From: a virus
Taxonomy: Duplodnaviria; Caudoviricetes
Virus record (IMG/VR): IMGVR_UViG_3300021255_000042
Location: 1-64,000 of that record
Length of the DNA: 64,000 nucleotides
Strand: one strand, 5' to 3'
Shown: positions 10,420 to 20,625 of the stretch, in pieces
Layout: every line of letters begins with the position of its first letter
How positions within the stretch are numbered: position 1 is the stretch's first letter
The notes under the pieces: model-generated
Told to the model about the DNA's origin: nothing
The model's input: only the letters and a program-made list of their open reading frames with translations
The model's database searches: none
Position numbers and translations under genes: made by a program

Positions 10420-10451
10420 TTTGCATACACAAAAAAGTTGCACTACCTTTG
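10420..10451 (+). promoter_or_regulatory. Bacteroidetes primary-sigma promoter
   Basis: TTTG (10420) then 20 nt then TACCTTTG (10444), matching the -33/-7 consensus. Confidence 0.7.
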
Positions 10452-10932
10452 TGTCAGATTTCGGTTGCAAATCGATGCAAAGGTTTCAGCACGAAATTTA
10501 TGAAAGGTTTTCATACGGCAACGTTCACACAATGTGCGATTTACGAGCAAGTGTATGTGTCTGACACTGCACACGCAAGAGTTGAGCTAAACCGAGTAAT
10601 CAAGTTCTTTGACATACGGAGTTGTTCCACAAGCACGAGATACACCTGCATCTGATGCGTTACATAGGCCAAGGCGTGCGAGCAACACGGACACTGCGAG
10701 TAAGCAAGTTCTGAACTTTCCGAAAACTTTTTCCAAACGAACAACAAAGGTTTGATGCTCTAATGCACCTGTGCATTACAGGCGGTTGCAAGTCCGCAAT
10801 CATTAGCCCAAATAGGCTTTTGACAAGTCAGAGCAGAGCAACAAAATTTTCATCACAAACACACAAACACACGGAAGGCGGTGTGTGGGTGTTAACAAGC
10901 AGGCGAGGAAAGGTCGCCAAGTCGAAACAATT

Positions 10933-11571
10933 ATGGCAAAGAATAACGCCACCAACAACAACGTCAAGTTCAACGTTACCTACGGCATCCTCGGCACGGA
11001 CAATGTACCCGCAAATGCAGCTGTGCTCCTGAACGAGCGTAAGATGCGCATTGAGGGCGACCTCGTATCAGCCACCGAATTCCTCGCAATTGACGGTGTG
11101 AAATCCACCAAGGCCGAGGACATCGTGATGCCCGTACTCGCCGTGATGCTGGCAGACCTCCGTGAGCGTGAGGGATTCGCCAACGAGTTCAAGGTCGTCG
11201 TCCTCAACGGCACGGAGACGGACAGCCGCATCCGTGCGAAGAGCTACTTCACGAAGTACCTCAAGGGCAACGTCATCTACAAGTCCAACTCCGAGGGCAA
11301 TCTGAACAAGGCCGTCATTCTGGACGAGGGCCTGCGCCTGAGCGGAACCTGCATCAAGCCGACCGCCAAACAGCCCATCTTCACGGCCAAGGGCAATGAC
11401 CTGCGTGTGATTATGCACCAGACCGCCCTCGCCTTCATCAAGCAGGCATCGATGTTCAGCGGAATCATCAGCAAGGCTCGCGCAATCTTCGAGTGCGCTT
11501 ACACCGAGGAGCAGAAAGTTGCTCCCAAGCCGACCAAGACCGAGACCGCACAGGCCGTTGCAGCTGCCTAA
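10933..11571 (+). CDS. hypothetical protein, codon usage suggests high expression
   Basis: ATG 10933; strong C-ending codon bias. Confidence 0.8.
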   Translation: MAKNNATNNNVKFNVTYGILGTDNVPANAAVLLNERKMRIEGDLVSATEFLAIDGVKSTKAEDIVMPVLAVMLADLREREGFANEFKVVVLNGTETDSRIRAKSYFTKYLKGNVIYKSNSEGNLNKAVILDEGLRLSGTCIKPTAKQPIFTAKGNDLRVIMHQTALAFIKQASMFSGIISKARAIFECAYTEEQKVAPKPTKTETAQAVAAA

Positions 11572-11795
11572 GGACACCCACATACACCACGGACAAGCAC
11601 CCAGCCCACAAGGTTGGGTGCTCGTTTATACACGTGTACGTGCCCACGCATAAATACGCGTCCACGTTTACGCATTACACATACGTTCGCATACACAGGC
11701 GGGCGTATGTGTAACGTATCGTGTGGAAGCTCTAAACGCGTGACAAATCTGCATTTCCCCCAGACAAACAAAGCCAAAAATAGGAGAATTTTATT

Positions 11796-12377
11796 ATGAA
11801 ACTCGCAGAAGCATTATCCATCAATCCCGTGACGCTCACGATGCAGTTATACGCCCAGCCGTATGGGTTGGAAATCACGACCAAAATGCGTGACAGAATC
11901 AAAAATTTGCAGGAGAAGAATGCCACGTTCTTTGTGTTCGTGGGTAAGCTCGGCCTGGACGTGTTGGAAACGGCTGAGAGAAGCGTGCGTATTGCCCAGA
12001 TAGTGGGCGGTCGTGTGCGTGATGGAATTGCGCTGTACTTCCTGAAGGGCGGCGATATGAACGTGATTGATTTTTCCAACTGGAAGGAATATTGGTCACG
12101 CATCATAAGCGGACAGGTAGGTGCAGAACTGCGGGAATCAAGAGCCCAGGAGCGCGAGGACAGACGCGAACTCTCGGAAAGGCGTAAACTTCTGTCCGAA
12201 ATGGGCCGTCAAAATCGGTTCAAAGAAGCCGCTGAAGTGACCACCTACAAGAAGATGGGCAAACGTGGCTACAATATGAGCTTCGATGAGATGCGCAGAA
12301 AGCGTCAAATCGAGGAATTCGATGCGCAGTTCAAGCGCACGGAGACACGAGCAAGGCAAATAGCGTCCGTGCTATAA
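11796..12377 (+). CDS. hypothetical protein
   Basis: ORF followed by a terminator-like hairpin at about 12404-12440. Confidence 0.75.
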   Translation: MKLAEALSINPVTLTMQLYAQPYGLEITTKMRDRIKNLQEKNATFFVFVGKLGLDVLETAERSVRIAQIVGGRVRDGIALYFLKGGDMNVIDFSNWKEYWSRIISGQVGAELRESRAQEREDRRELSERRKLLSEMGRQNRFKEAAEVTTYKKMGKRGYNMSFDEMRRKRQIEEFDAQFKRTETRARQIASVL

Positions 12378-12519
12378 TGCGAAAATTTTGTGCTTTGTTT
12401 GCGGTGCCCCGTAGGAAATAGAAACCTGCGGGGCATTTTTATATCCAAATGCGTGAACAAAGCGGCAAAATACGGACTATTCATATACAGACGACACAAA
12501 CATCAAATAGCACAAAACA

Positions 12520-12750
12520 ATGAAAGCATTCGTATTCATCCTGAAGGGCATCGTGAATCTGGCCCTTGTCATCACAGGAACGCTCGCCCTTATGGTTGTC
12601 CTGGGCGAAGAAGCACCCGGCCACGAAATGTCCGCATGGGCGTTCTTCGGCGAAAAGATTCTCGCAGGTTTAGTAATCTGGCTTTGCTGGAAGATTGGCT
12701 GCTGGCTCAATCCCCAGTGGGCCGCTGAAATGCGTGAAGAAGCAAAATAA
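12520..12750 (+). CDS. small two-TM membrane protein
   Basis: Two hydrophobic segments. Confidence 0.65.
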   Translation: MKAFVFILKGIVNLALVITGTLALMVVLGEEAPGHEMSAWAFFGEKILAGLVIWLCWKIGCWLNPQWAAEMREEAK

Positions 12751-12833
12751 TCCCCGACATCCACATATCGGTCAGGCGAGGCTCTATCCACCAGGGCCTC
12801 GCCTTTTTCGTAGGACATTCAAAACACAAAACA

Positions 12834-13154
12834 ATGGCACACATCAAATTCGCCTCGGAAGAGGCATGGAGGCGTTATCTGGAATGCAAGGATATGAGCC
12901 GCGATCTGGGAGCAAACTCCCTCTCTTGCAGAATTTCCCAGCTCATCAATTGGGGGCCTTGGGATTCTACTATCTACATCAGCACGGACTATGACGAATT
13001 ATCCTTCTACTTCTGGCAGGAGTACGCTGATGGTTCTCGTGGCATCAACGGAGGCATAATCTTCCACGGTAAGCGTGATGGTTTCGGCTCTGGTCAGGGG
13101 CCTACCTTCAGCGTATGCCTGGAGCCTACCGATGGCTATTCAATTCACACTTAA
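12834..13154 (+). CDS. DUF4120-like protein
   Basis: DYDELSFYF...NGGIIFHG...GYSIHT resembles this Bacteroidetes mobile-element family. Confidence 0.6.
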   Translation: MAHIKFASEEAWRRYLECKDMSRDLGANSLSCRISQLINWGPWDSTIYISTDYDELSFYFWQEYADGSRGINGGIIFHGKRDGFGSGQGPTFSVCLEPTDGYSIHT

Positions 13155-13169
13155 TCGGAGGACAAAGCA

Positions 13170-13418
13170 ATGACAAAGACCGAATTTGAACAGACGATTG
13201 CCGCCCTCGCAACGAAAGCGTGCGACCTGCGGTGTGATCTCGAAGAACTCAACCAGGAAGTACAGGACGAAGCCCTTTACGCTGAGCGTAAGGACGATGA
13301 AGAAATGTGGAGCAACTGGGACGAAATTCTGGAAGAGTTTGCCGCAAAGGTTGGTGAGGTCGAAGAAATGTTCTTCAACATCAAAACCGGCCAGAAGTCA
13401 ATCTATTGCCCGGCATAG
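13170..13418 (+). CDS. acidic hypothetical protein
   Basis: ORF in gene string. Confidence 0.65.
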   Translation: MTKTEFEQTIAALATKACDLRCDLEELNQEVQDEALYAERKDDEEMWSNWDEILEEFAAKVGEVEEMFFNIKTGQKSIYCPA

Positions 13419-13430
13419 GAGTAAAGCACA

Positions 13431-13670
13431 ATGTTACTCGGATTCTACTCTATCGACAATGACCGTGGATATACCCGCGATTCATTCTTGCACAGCACTC
13501 CCAGTGAAATCGTTGAAGCCCTTAAAAAGCTCCCGGACGAACAGTGGTATTGCTATGACCTTTCGCTGAAGCCCTCAGGAAGTTACCCGGCCCTCAATGC
13601 TTTTGTTGAAGATTACAACGATGAAAAGCTTGACCTTGGTTGGTGGTGCGTCCTGATCCAGACGGACTAA
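13431..13670 (+). CDS. hypothetical protein
   Basis: ORF in gene string. Confidence 0.6.
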   Translation: MLLGFYSIDNDRGYTRDSFLHSTPSEIVEALKKLPDEQWYCYDLSLKPSGSYPALNAFVEDYNDEKLDLGWWCVLIQTD

Positions 13671-13698
13671 ATGCGAAAATTTCAAAAATTTTTCACGG

Positions 13699-13718
13699 AG
13701 TGGTCAACTTTTCACTCC
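13699..13718 (+). promoter_or_regulatory. 20-bp element AGTGGTCAACTTTTCACTCC, copy 1
   Basis: Identical copy at 23417-23436; both intergenic and followed by CTATTCTT. Confidence 0.6.
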
Positions 13719-13756
13719 ACAGCTCTCTATTCTTGATTTAGACAACACACAAAATT

Positions 13757-14662
13757 ATGCAAACTAAAGCTTTCTTTGGCACTGAAGGTCTCACTTCGAC
13801 CTCGGCCAACCACATCGCCAATCTTGCAAAAGAGGCGAACCGCGAGCATCAGAATTATCTCGCCAGCATCCAGTTCTATTCCGAGCGTATCGGCATTATC
13901 GGAACACCTGAGCGTGTTCTTGCACAGGAAGGTGTCAACCTTGAAGGTCTCAGCAAGATTAAGACCGCCATCGAATCCATCGCTGAGAACAACGCCCTCA
14001 TCGCTTTCATCCGTGAGGCCATCAAAGAGAAGGAACGCCTTGAAAAAGAGGCGAAATCCTGGAAGAATGAGGTGGCCCGCGAAGCACTCGAACTTCGCCG
14101 CAAGGAAAACGTAGCTCCTTCCAAGCCGGTTCCCGTGACAGAAGAGGATATGTTCGCCCGGCTCTCGATCGGCCAGGTTGAGCATTACCTTACGCTGGAA
14201 GCGCAGTGCTCCGTCATCGGCAAGTACATCCACGAGGGCGGCGCATTAAGCAATGCCCGTATAGATGCGATGCAGAAAGTCACGCACCCCAGAACCGTCA
14301 AGGAGAATGGCCGTGACACCATCGTAACGGAGTATGAACTGACCGTTTCCACCGATAATATCGATTCGGTGTACTTCGACTTCCAGGCTCTTCATCGCAG
14401 CTATCAGTCCGAGCTTAACGGAATGAAGAAGGCGATGATTGACGATGCCCAGGCGATCAACCTCAAAATGGACGAAGACTACCGCTTTGCCCGCACCCAG
14501 TATCTTCATGTCAATGCGGAGCTCGACCGCGAAGAGCAGAAGATTGAGATGGACGAGCGTGAGAAGCGTCAGGAACTTCTGCGTGAGGTTCAGAACCTCA
14601 AAATCGTTATCCCTAACCGCCTGAAGGGTGCTTATACAGCCCTAATGAAATCTGGCAAGTAA
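13757..14662 (+). CDS. coiled-coil hypothetical protein (301 aa)
   Basis: Long ORF with heptad-rich segments. Confidence 0.8.
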   Translation: MQTKAFFGTEGLTSTSANHIANLAKEANREHQNYLASIQFYSERIGIIGTPERVLAQEGVNLEGLSKIKTAIESIAENNALIAFIREAIKEKERLEKEAKSWKNEVAREALELRRKENVAPSKPVPVTEEDMFARLSIGQVEHYLTLEAQCSVIGKYIHEGGALSNARIDAMQKVTHPRTVKENGRDTIVTEYELTVSTDNIDSVYFDFQALHRSYQSELNGMKKAMIDDAQAINLKMDEDYRFARTQYLHVNAELDREEQKIEMDEREKRQELLREVQNLKIVIPNRLKGAYTALMKSGK

Positions 14663-14668
14663 TCCACC

Positions 14669-14915
14669 AGGGCCTTCTAAATGCGTGACTGATTGCCTGC
14701 ATGAAACCGCATTGAATGCCTGGTTAGGTTGTGTACTTTATATTAACAAAATTAATTCATCAAAAATGTCTCAGGCCACAAAAGCTTAGTTCCCAATGAT
14801 GGATGACATAATCCGGAGGGTTTTGCTCTTGTTCTCGCCAGTGGTTCTGAGGTTCTTGCTTTTGATATTGGTTTTGTTGCATCGCACAACCTTTCCAGGC
14901 AAGTTGGCCCTTTTT
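14669..14915 (+). ncRNA. candidate structured ncRNA with hexamer-periodic core
   Basis: Nested stems AGGGCC/GGCCCT and TGCCTGG..AGGTTGTG/CACAACCT..CCAGGCA, followed by a T-run. Confidence 0.5.
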
Positions 14916-14927
14916 ATATCTACAGCC

Positions 14928-15620
14928 ATGATCACAACTTTAGAGGAAATCATCGCCTGCCCTGAGTTCCAGAAACTGGACGGTATCGGTGGGCATAAGA
15001 CGTATCATCTGGAAGGTTCTGCACTCACGCACACGATGATGGTAATCGCGGAAGCAAAGAAAATGTTCCCCGATGAACCGCTGATGTGGCGTGTGGCTGC
15101 TCTCCACGACATCGGGAAAATCTATTGTTCTATTGAGAACGGCCCGGACGACTGGAGTTACCCCGACCACTCAATCGTAGGGAGCCTCAAAGGAATCTTG
15201 GGTAAGTTCATCTCCCTCCAGGACGAAAACTTCGACCAGATTCAGTGGTATATCCGCAACCATATCAAGCCGATGCACTGGTTGTATGACGGCGACAAGG
15301 TAGCGCGTGACATTGTTGAAATGAAAGCCAATATGCCTACTCGGTGCTCTATTGACAACCTCCTTAAGCTTGTCATTTGTGACATCAGGGGCTCAAAAAG
15401 CGCGGTTGAACAGACCGAACTCATCAATTATCTGGAAGGCATCATCTCCCAGCGCAATCTCAGAAAGAATCTCACCAATCAGCTCGAACAACTTCTTTAT
15501 GAAATGATGGGTGACGGTATGGATTGCATACGTTACGATGAGGACTATTCCGAGGACTATGCAAAGCGTTGCGATGAGCTCGCCAAAATCCTCGAAAAGT
15601 ACAACATCACATTAAAATAG
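14928..15620 (+). CDS. HD-domain phosphohydrolase
   Basis: YHLEGSALTHT...ALHDIGK...HS...NH...CD motifs. Confidence 0.8.
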   Translation: MITTLEEIIACPEFQKLDGIGGHKTYHLEGSALTHTMMVIAEAKKMFPDEPLMWRVAALHDIGKIYCSIENGPDDWSYPDHSIVGSLKGILGKFISLQDENFDQIQWYIRNHIKPMHWLYDGDKVARDIVEMKANMPTRCSIDNLLKLVICDIRGSKSAVEQTELINYLEGIISQRNLRKNLTNQLEQLLYEMMGDGMDCIRYDEDYSEDYAKRCDELAKILEKYNITLK

Positions 15621-15627
15621 TACGGCA

Positions 15628-15831
15628 ATGAAAGGAGCATATCTCGTTTACCTCGACATCTGCGTCCGTGTTGAAGTGGATGTCCCCGCCGATATTTTGT
15701 ACGGCTCTTCCATCAGCGACAGGGATGAGTTTGAAGGAATCATTGGAAACGCGGCCATCGAGAAAATTATGGCCGACCCTTCCCAGGTCATCCATCGTGA
15801 GAACATCGTTAAAATCAAGGAGGACTTATAA
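15628..15831 (+). CDS. hypothetical protein
   Basis: ORF in gene string. Confidence 0.6.
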   Translation: MKGAYLVYLDICVRVEVDVPADILYGSSISDRDEFEGIIGNAAIEKIMADPSQVIHRENIVKIKEDL

Positions 15832-16145
15832 TGAAGCAGCTGAAAAAGAAAATCCGCAGCCTTATCCTCAAATGGGTTGCCAAGCACTTCGGTTACGAAA
15901 TCGTAAACCAGTGGGTGTATTTCGGTTACAACTACGGCTCCAGCGACAATATCATTCGTGAGTGCTGGGGTGACTACTCTCAACATTGCACGATGGCCGA
16001 GCATTTCTACCAGAAGTTCGATGCCCTGTACGACCGTTATGGTTCGAACGCGGTAATGAACCGTTTTTGGGTGGAACTTGGCTCTGAGCATCGCGCAAAG
16101 CTCTACAAGTATTTCCTGAAGGATTACGCTAATAGACACTTTTAG
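15831..16145 (+). CDS. hypothetical protein
   Basis: TAATG-coupled ORF. Confidence 0.65.
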   Translation: MKQLKKKIRSLILKWVAKHFGYEIVNQWVYFGYNYGSSDNIIRECWGDYSQHCTMAEHFYQKFDALYDRYGSNAVMNRFWVELGSEHRAKLYKYFLKDYANRHF

Positions 16146-16146
16146 T

Positions 16147-16395
16147 ATGGAACTCACTGACCTTCAAATCAAACATCAAATCGAACTCGTCACGCACGCT
16201 ACCGTGAACGTCATAACCGGTGGCCTGGAAGTGGTTTTCTCGGAAGACAACGCCCAGGAAATGCCTGAGGTTCTGCATGAAATCGCGGCGATGTTCTCTT
16301 ACTACTGGGCTGGAGAAGAATGGTGTCTCACCTACGAATGCCTTCCAGAAGACGGTCGATATGTCATCAGGGTTGGTGACGAAAGAATCAAATAG
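16147..16395 (+). CDS. hypothetical protein
   Basis: ORF in gene string. Confidence 0.6.
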   Translation: MELTDLQIKHQIELVTHATVNVITGGLEVVFSEDNAQEMPEVLHEIAAMFSYYWAGEEWCLTYECLPEDGRYVIRVGDERIK

Positions 16396-16397
16396 CT

Positions 16398-16622
16398 ATG
16401 GAACATACAGACGGAGGAACCTATAACGGAAGGTCTTATGTACTGACCGTTTGGTGGAAGCATTACACCTACATCACCGGCCCATACAAAAGCTATGGAA
16501 CCGCATATTATAAGGATGCCGCCTGCACCCAGCTCTATGCCAAAGACCCGTATCACGTTAAGCATAAAACAAGTGTTGTAACGCTGGACGGAGTTCCTAT
16601 GCTTGCAATCAAAGCGCAATAA
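16398..16622 (+). CDS. hypothetical protein
   Basis: ORF in gene string. Confidence 0.55.
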   Translation: MEHTDGGTYNGRSYVLTVWWKHYTYITGPYKSYGTAYYKDAACTQLYAKDPYHVKHKTSVVTLDGVPMLAIKAQ

Positions 16623-16646
16623 CAAACAACAAAGATAAGCACGGAT

Positions 16647-17768
16647 ATGAAAAAGATTTACAATGTCTTGAACGCTGAGGGAGACCAGCTCAACGACAGT
16701 GCTTTTGACTCCCGCGAAGAGGCCGAGAACTTCTTGGCCGAATACAATCACACGCTCTTCCCAGAAAGCGGTCTGGAAGTCAAAGAAGTGGAGGTTAAAA
16801 CCTGGGAAGATTATATGCCCAGTCACGTTGATCTCTACTACATTGATTATCGTGACGATCTGTCCGAGCAGCCGAAACTGCTGAATGAGTGCATCGCTAA
16901 GAACAACTTCTATCCTATTTCCGAAAAGCTGGATGAGTGGTGGGATTTCCCGGAGAAATACTATCTCGATGAAATCCGCAAGGAGATGATCAGTGATGAT
17001 ATGGAGGAAGAGTTTGATGAGCATTATGATGAAATCCGCGATTGGCTGTGGGAACACGATGAAAGCGATCCGGTGCATGACCTCATCAGAAACACCAGTA
17101 CTCTCGCCTGCTACTATGACCTCGGTTATGACGCTGACGGCTGGCATGAGGCTTTCCTTTGCAATCCCTGGAGGAACACATCGGAAGCGCAGGAGGTTGC
17201 CAATATTCGCCGGAAGCTTGGAATCAAGAAGGGCAGCAAGCAGGACAAGCAACTCGAATCTGTTGTTGCAAATGCCAGCTACGGTGGCAACCTGCGCATC
17301 TATTTCACGCTCGATCTGGAGAACTTCGTGAACTGCAAGGAACCGAAGGACGACTTCAAGACCATCATTTTTAAGGGAACGTTCGCCGTTGGCATTATTG
17401 ACACGGTTCAGGGCTCCGGTGATTTCGAGAACATCGAGATTGACTGCAAGTTCCCGTTTAAGCGTGAAAACCTCATCGTTTCTGCGTGCGACCACTACAG
17501 TCTGGAAGGCATTTTCGGAATGTACAGCGACTTCACCAGGAACCTTGACGAACCTGAATTCTCCTACAAGAACGAAACGCGTAAAAGGGTGAAGGTTTCC
17601 ACGGCTGCCGCCCAACTTGCTTTGCAGGCCGAATACGACCGTGTGTTCAAGGCTGGAGGCTGCACCTGTGGCGACACCGACTTCAAACGCCACCGTGACG
17701 TTTACTACAAAAACGAAATCCCGTGTGGTTGGCATTGTCCTCATTGCGGACAGTTCTGGATTGACTAA
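16647..17768 (+). CDS. acidic hypothetical protein with C-terminal Cys/His cluster
   Basis: 373-aa ORF ending in CGWHCPHCGQFWID. Confidence 0.8.
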   Translation: MKKIYNVLNAEGDQLNDSAFDSREEAENFLAEYNHTLFPESGLEVKEVEVKTWEDYMPSHVDLYYIDYRDDLSEQPKLLNECIAKNNFYPISEKLDEWWDFPEKYYLDEIRKEMISDDMEEEFDEHYDEIRDWLWEHDESDPVHDLIRNTSTLACYYDLGYDADGWHEAFLCNPWRNTSEAQEVANIRRKLGIKKGSKQDKQLESVVANASYGGNLRIYFTLDLENFVNCKEPKDDFKTIIFKGTFAVGIIDTVQGSGDFENIEIDCKFPFKRENLIVSACDHYSLEGIFGMYSDFTRNLDEPEFSYKNETRKRVKVSTAAAQLALQAEYDRVFKAGGCTCGDTDFKRHRDVYYKNEIPCGWHCPHCGQFWID

Positions 17769-17779
17769 AATTCTGACCT

Positions 17780-18499
17780 ATGACACAGATAAAAGACATC
17801 CAAATACCTTGCTTCTCAGGGTTCTATGAATCCATCTGGGAAAGCAGCGATATTGATGACGGTTTCCTGCAAGATTGCCGGGAACGCGGAATCACCCGTA
17901 CAGACGAGTGGGAGCTGAACTATAAGGACTACGAGCGTGACGTGGCCGAAAACTACGTTGACTGGTACGAATCCATAGTTAAGCGCGAACTAAACTTGTC
18001 CGACTTCAAACTCATTTTCGCCGAGGTTGTATCTCCCAGAGAGTACAATTTTTCTACAGACCGCATTTTCTGCACCCTGGAAGTGGAGAATCTATCCGAA
18101 TTCCTGGGGAAATTGGTCAAGCTTGCTGTCCCCGTTCGGGATAAACTCGCGGAAATGATCAGGCGCAACCATACGTCCCGTGACGGTTTCATTTCCTTTA
18201 TGGATAATGACCTGGAGGATTGGTTGCGCCGCCTGACCGTTGAAGCTGTGGAGAACGATAGTAAAATCGACCTCTACCTCAGCTATCTGATATGCTACCT
18301 GACAACCCTTCACGGCGATTACGACTACGACCACAGTATCGACCACGAGATTTACGAATTCTGTGAGGTCTATCAAGGTTCGTATTATGAACCTCAGACC
18401 GATGCTGCGAGAGAGGAGCTGGAAGAGATTGAACGCCGTGAGGAAGAGCGCAGGTGGGACGAGAAACACCAACTTAAAATACCGTTTCCAGACCTATGA
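17780..18499 (+). CDS. acidic hypothetical protein
   Basis: 239-aa ORF. Confidence 0.75.
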   Translation: MTQIKDIQIPCFSGFYESIWESSDIDDGFLQDCRERGITRTDEWELNYKDYERDVAENYVDWYESIVKRELNLSDFKLIFAEVVSPREYNFSTDRIFCTLEVENLSEFLGKLVKLAVPVRDKLAEMIRRNHTSRDGFISFMDNDLEDWLRRLTVEAVENDSKIDLYLSYLICYLTTLHGDYDYDHSIDHEIYEFCEVYQGSYYEPQTDAAREELEEIERREEERRWDEKHQLKIPFPDL

Positions 18500-19146
18500 A
18501 ACGCGAAGACTTAATCAAAAAAGTGGCATCGTTCCTTGAAGGGGCGGCACACGATGCGATTGCGGATTCCCAGACCAAGAATGGCCCGTCCGCAACATTC
18601 TACCTCAACATAACCGAGTACATTTCGGTCGTTGTTGCCTGGATTGATGGGTTTGAACCGGAAGAGAACAACCCTTACATCTGGAAGACTTATGGCCTTG
18701 AAGTTTCGGTTCGTCTCAGAGATTCCAGCTACTTCGTAGAGGACTGGGATTACGTCAACGAGGGGTGCTTCTGTTCTCTCTACAAAGAGGATGAGGAAGA
18801 CGGTTTCAAAACAACGGCTCAATGGGTTGTTGATATAATGTATGCCTGTCACTACTTGAATCCGAGCGTGATAGTAATTCTCCCAAGAAACCGCAAGGTT
18901 GACCTTCTGGAAGACGGCCAATGGGTTGCGCAGAACGATCGCGTGAGAGGAAACCGGTACGACTTAACGCAGGAATGGTGGCATTATCATGGCTGGAATC
19001 GTGATTCCGAATCGCGTAAGAAACTCCAGGTTTGGGCCTCTGAACTTGCTAACTATTACGGAATGGATGACGAAGTGCTCCAGGCCGAAATTCCTTATAG
19101 CGAACTGAAGCAACTCATTCTCAATGCCTTACTGATGGAGGACTAA
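18496..19146 (+). CDS. hypothetical protein
   Basis: ATGA overlap with the upstream gene. Confidence 0.75.
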   Translation: MKREDLIKKVASFLEGAAHDAIADSQTKNGPSATFYLNITEYISVVVAWIDGFEPEENNPYIWKTYGLEVSVRLRDSSYFVEDWDYVNEGCFCSLYKEDEEDGFKTTAQWVVDIMYACHYLNPSVIVILPRNRKVDLLEDGQWVAQNDRVRGNRYDLTQEWWHYHGWNRDSESRKKLQVWASELANYYGMDDEVLQAEIPYSELKQLILNALLMED

Positions 19147-19148
19147 CT

Positions 19149-19616
19149 ATGAATGCAGAAGTAAAGAAACTTGGCCCGCTGGCAGAAATCTGCCGGTTCG
19201 ACAACAATTGCGAGAGCACAGTTTATGGCTATCTGCGCGGTTGCTTTGATTGCGAGAACTCCAAGATTGCCTCTGAAGAAATCGACAACTATGCTTATGA
19301 ATCGTCTCATAAACTCTATGTACCTGACAGCAAGCAAGAGCTTTGGTTCATTGTTGCTGGCGAGTACGTGGTAATCCGTGAGTGGGACGATTCCATCTAC
19401 GATTCATTCGTCATCTGTCGCCAGATCACTGAGGAAGACATCGAGTACATCGTTCATAAGGTTGAAGACCTGGATGAGATTCTGTACAAGACCTTCTTCG
19501 TTGACGGCGAAACTCCGACACAATGGCTGATGCGTGCTCTTGAAGGCGCGGAAAGCCGTAAGTATGACCACGCCTTCTATCCTCTCAGGACGAGGCTGGA
19601 AGCGATTAACTTCTAA
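19149..19616 (+). CDS. hypothetical protein
   Basis: ORF in gene string. Confidence 0.7.
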   Translation: MNAEVKKLGPLAEICRFDNNCESTVYGYLRGCFDCENSKIASEEIDNYAYESSHKLYVPDSKQELWFIVAGEYVVIREWDDSIYDSFVICRQITEEDIEYIVHKVEDLDEILYKTFFVDGETPTQWLMRALEGAESRKYDHAFYPLRTRLEAINF

Positions 19617-19636
19617 ACTAAAAGGAGAAAACTAAA

Positions 19637-20203
19637 ATGACACGAAAAGAATTTTTCCTCGAACAGTGGGGAGAGCTTGAAGTGGAAGATAAAATCCGGC
19701 TCGTGAATGAGCATCTGGAAAACTCCAACAATTACGATGACACCATCTACAACTTTGACGAATCCTTCTGGGAGACGTGGGGTTGTACGGTGGATGAAGC
19801 GATTCGTGCTTGGTCTTATGGCGGTAAGAAGAGGGTGCTTGAAGATGGCACCGAGAAGTGGGAAGAGAACCGCTATATGGATCCGTACATCCGCTTCAAC
19901 GGCTACGCTAACCTGGTCACGATGGACGAGTATGAGGCTGAGGAATACTGCGAGATGTGGCGTGACGAGGTGTACGATGATGACAACTGGGAGGACGTAA
20001 TTGACAAGGACGACTGGGACTACAAGCCCTGGGCGACCGAAGTCCTCACTTCCAGGTTCCCTGACATAAGCGAGGAAGTCATCGAAAAATTCCTGGATGA
20101 GACGCACCTGTATGGCGTTTGGGAAATGGACGATGACGAGCTCGTGGACGAGTTCAACGATTTCCTCAGCAATGAGGATGAAAACGGTGAGGAGGACGAG
20201 TAA
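19637..20203 (+). CDS. very acidic hypothetical protein
   Basis: D/E- and W-rich 188-aa ORF. Confidence 0.75.
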   Translation: MTRKEFFLEQWGELEVEDKIRLVNEHLENSNNYDDTIYNFDESFWETWGCTVDEAIRAWSYGGKKRVLEDGTEKWEENRYMDPYIRFNGYANLVTMDEYEAEEYCEMWRDEVYDDDNWEDVIDKDDWDYKPWATEVLTSRFPDISEEVIEKFLDETHLYGVWEMDDDELVDEFNDFLSNEDENGEEDE

Positions 20204-20616
20204 TGGAAAGCTTTCTTCAATACTGCAAGAACTACATCATCGACCATATCGATGGCTATGTAGGTCAGACCTATTACGGAAGTGATTTTGCTTACGCCCT
20301 TACAGAAGCCCCGAATGTGGACGGCTCCCTGACTTATGACAGATACACCGCTTTCGAATATCTGCGTGAGTGGCTGTGGGAAGCGGATGCGTATTGGGAC
20401 TATTGCAAGGACAACTTCGGAATGGAGAGCCTGCATTGTCCGTTCAGTGACGCTGAAGGCTATATGGTCTGCATGGTAATCGAAGGCGTTGCCGACTTGC
20501 TTTCCCAGTGCTCGGTTATCGAGAAGCATTGGAACGATGATTTCAAGCTAACCGCGAAAGCCGCTGAGAAAATCTGCAAGGAAATCGAAGACCTTGAAAT
20601 CCGTTGGACTAAATAA
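20203..20616 (+). CDS. acidic hypothetical protein
   Basis: TAATG-coupled ORF. Confidence 0.7.
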   Translation: MESFLQYCKNYIIDHIDGYVGQTYYGSDFAYALTEAPNVDGSLTYDRYTAFEYLREWLWEADAYWDYCKDNFGMESLHCPFSDAEGYMVCMVIEGVADLLSQCSVIEKHWNDDFKLTAKAAEKICKEIEDLEIRWTK

Positions 20617-20625
20617 TCACGGCCT

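Noticed and set aside
7480-10432. Many overlapping ORFs in the palindrome-rich region
   Set aside because: R/H/P/C/W-rich translations in all six frames caused by stop-poor low-complexity DNA; only 8456-8935 looks like a real protein.
14796-14927. Hydrophobic N-terminal extension of the HD protein
   Set aside because: It falls inside the stem-closed element; ATG 14928 gives a normal HD-domain start.
16332-17744. Long antisense ORFs (also 27281-28405 and 40566-41690)
   Set aside because: Shadows of codon-biased sense genes; no recognisable motifs.
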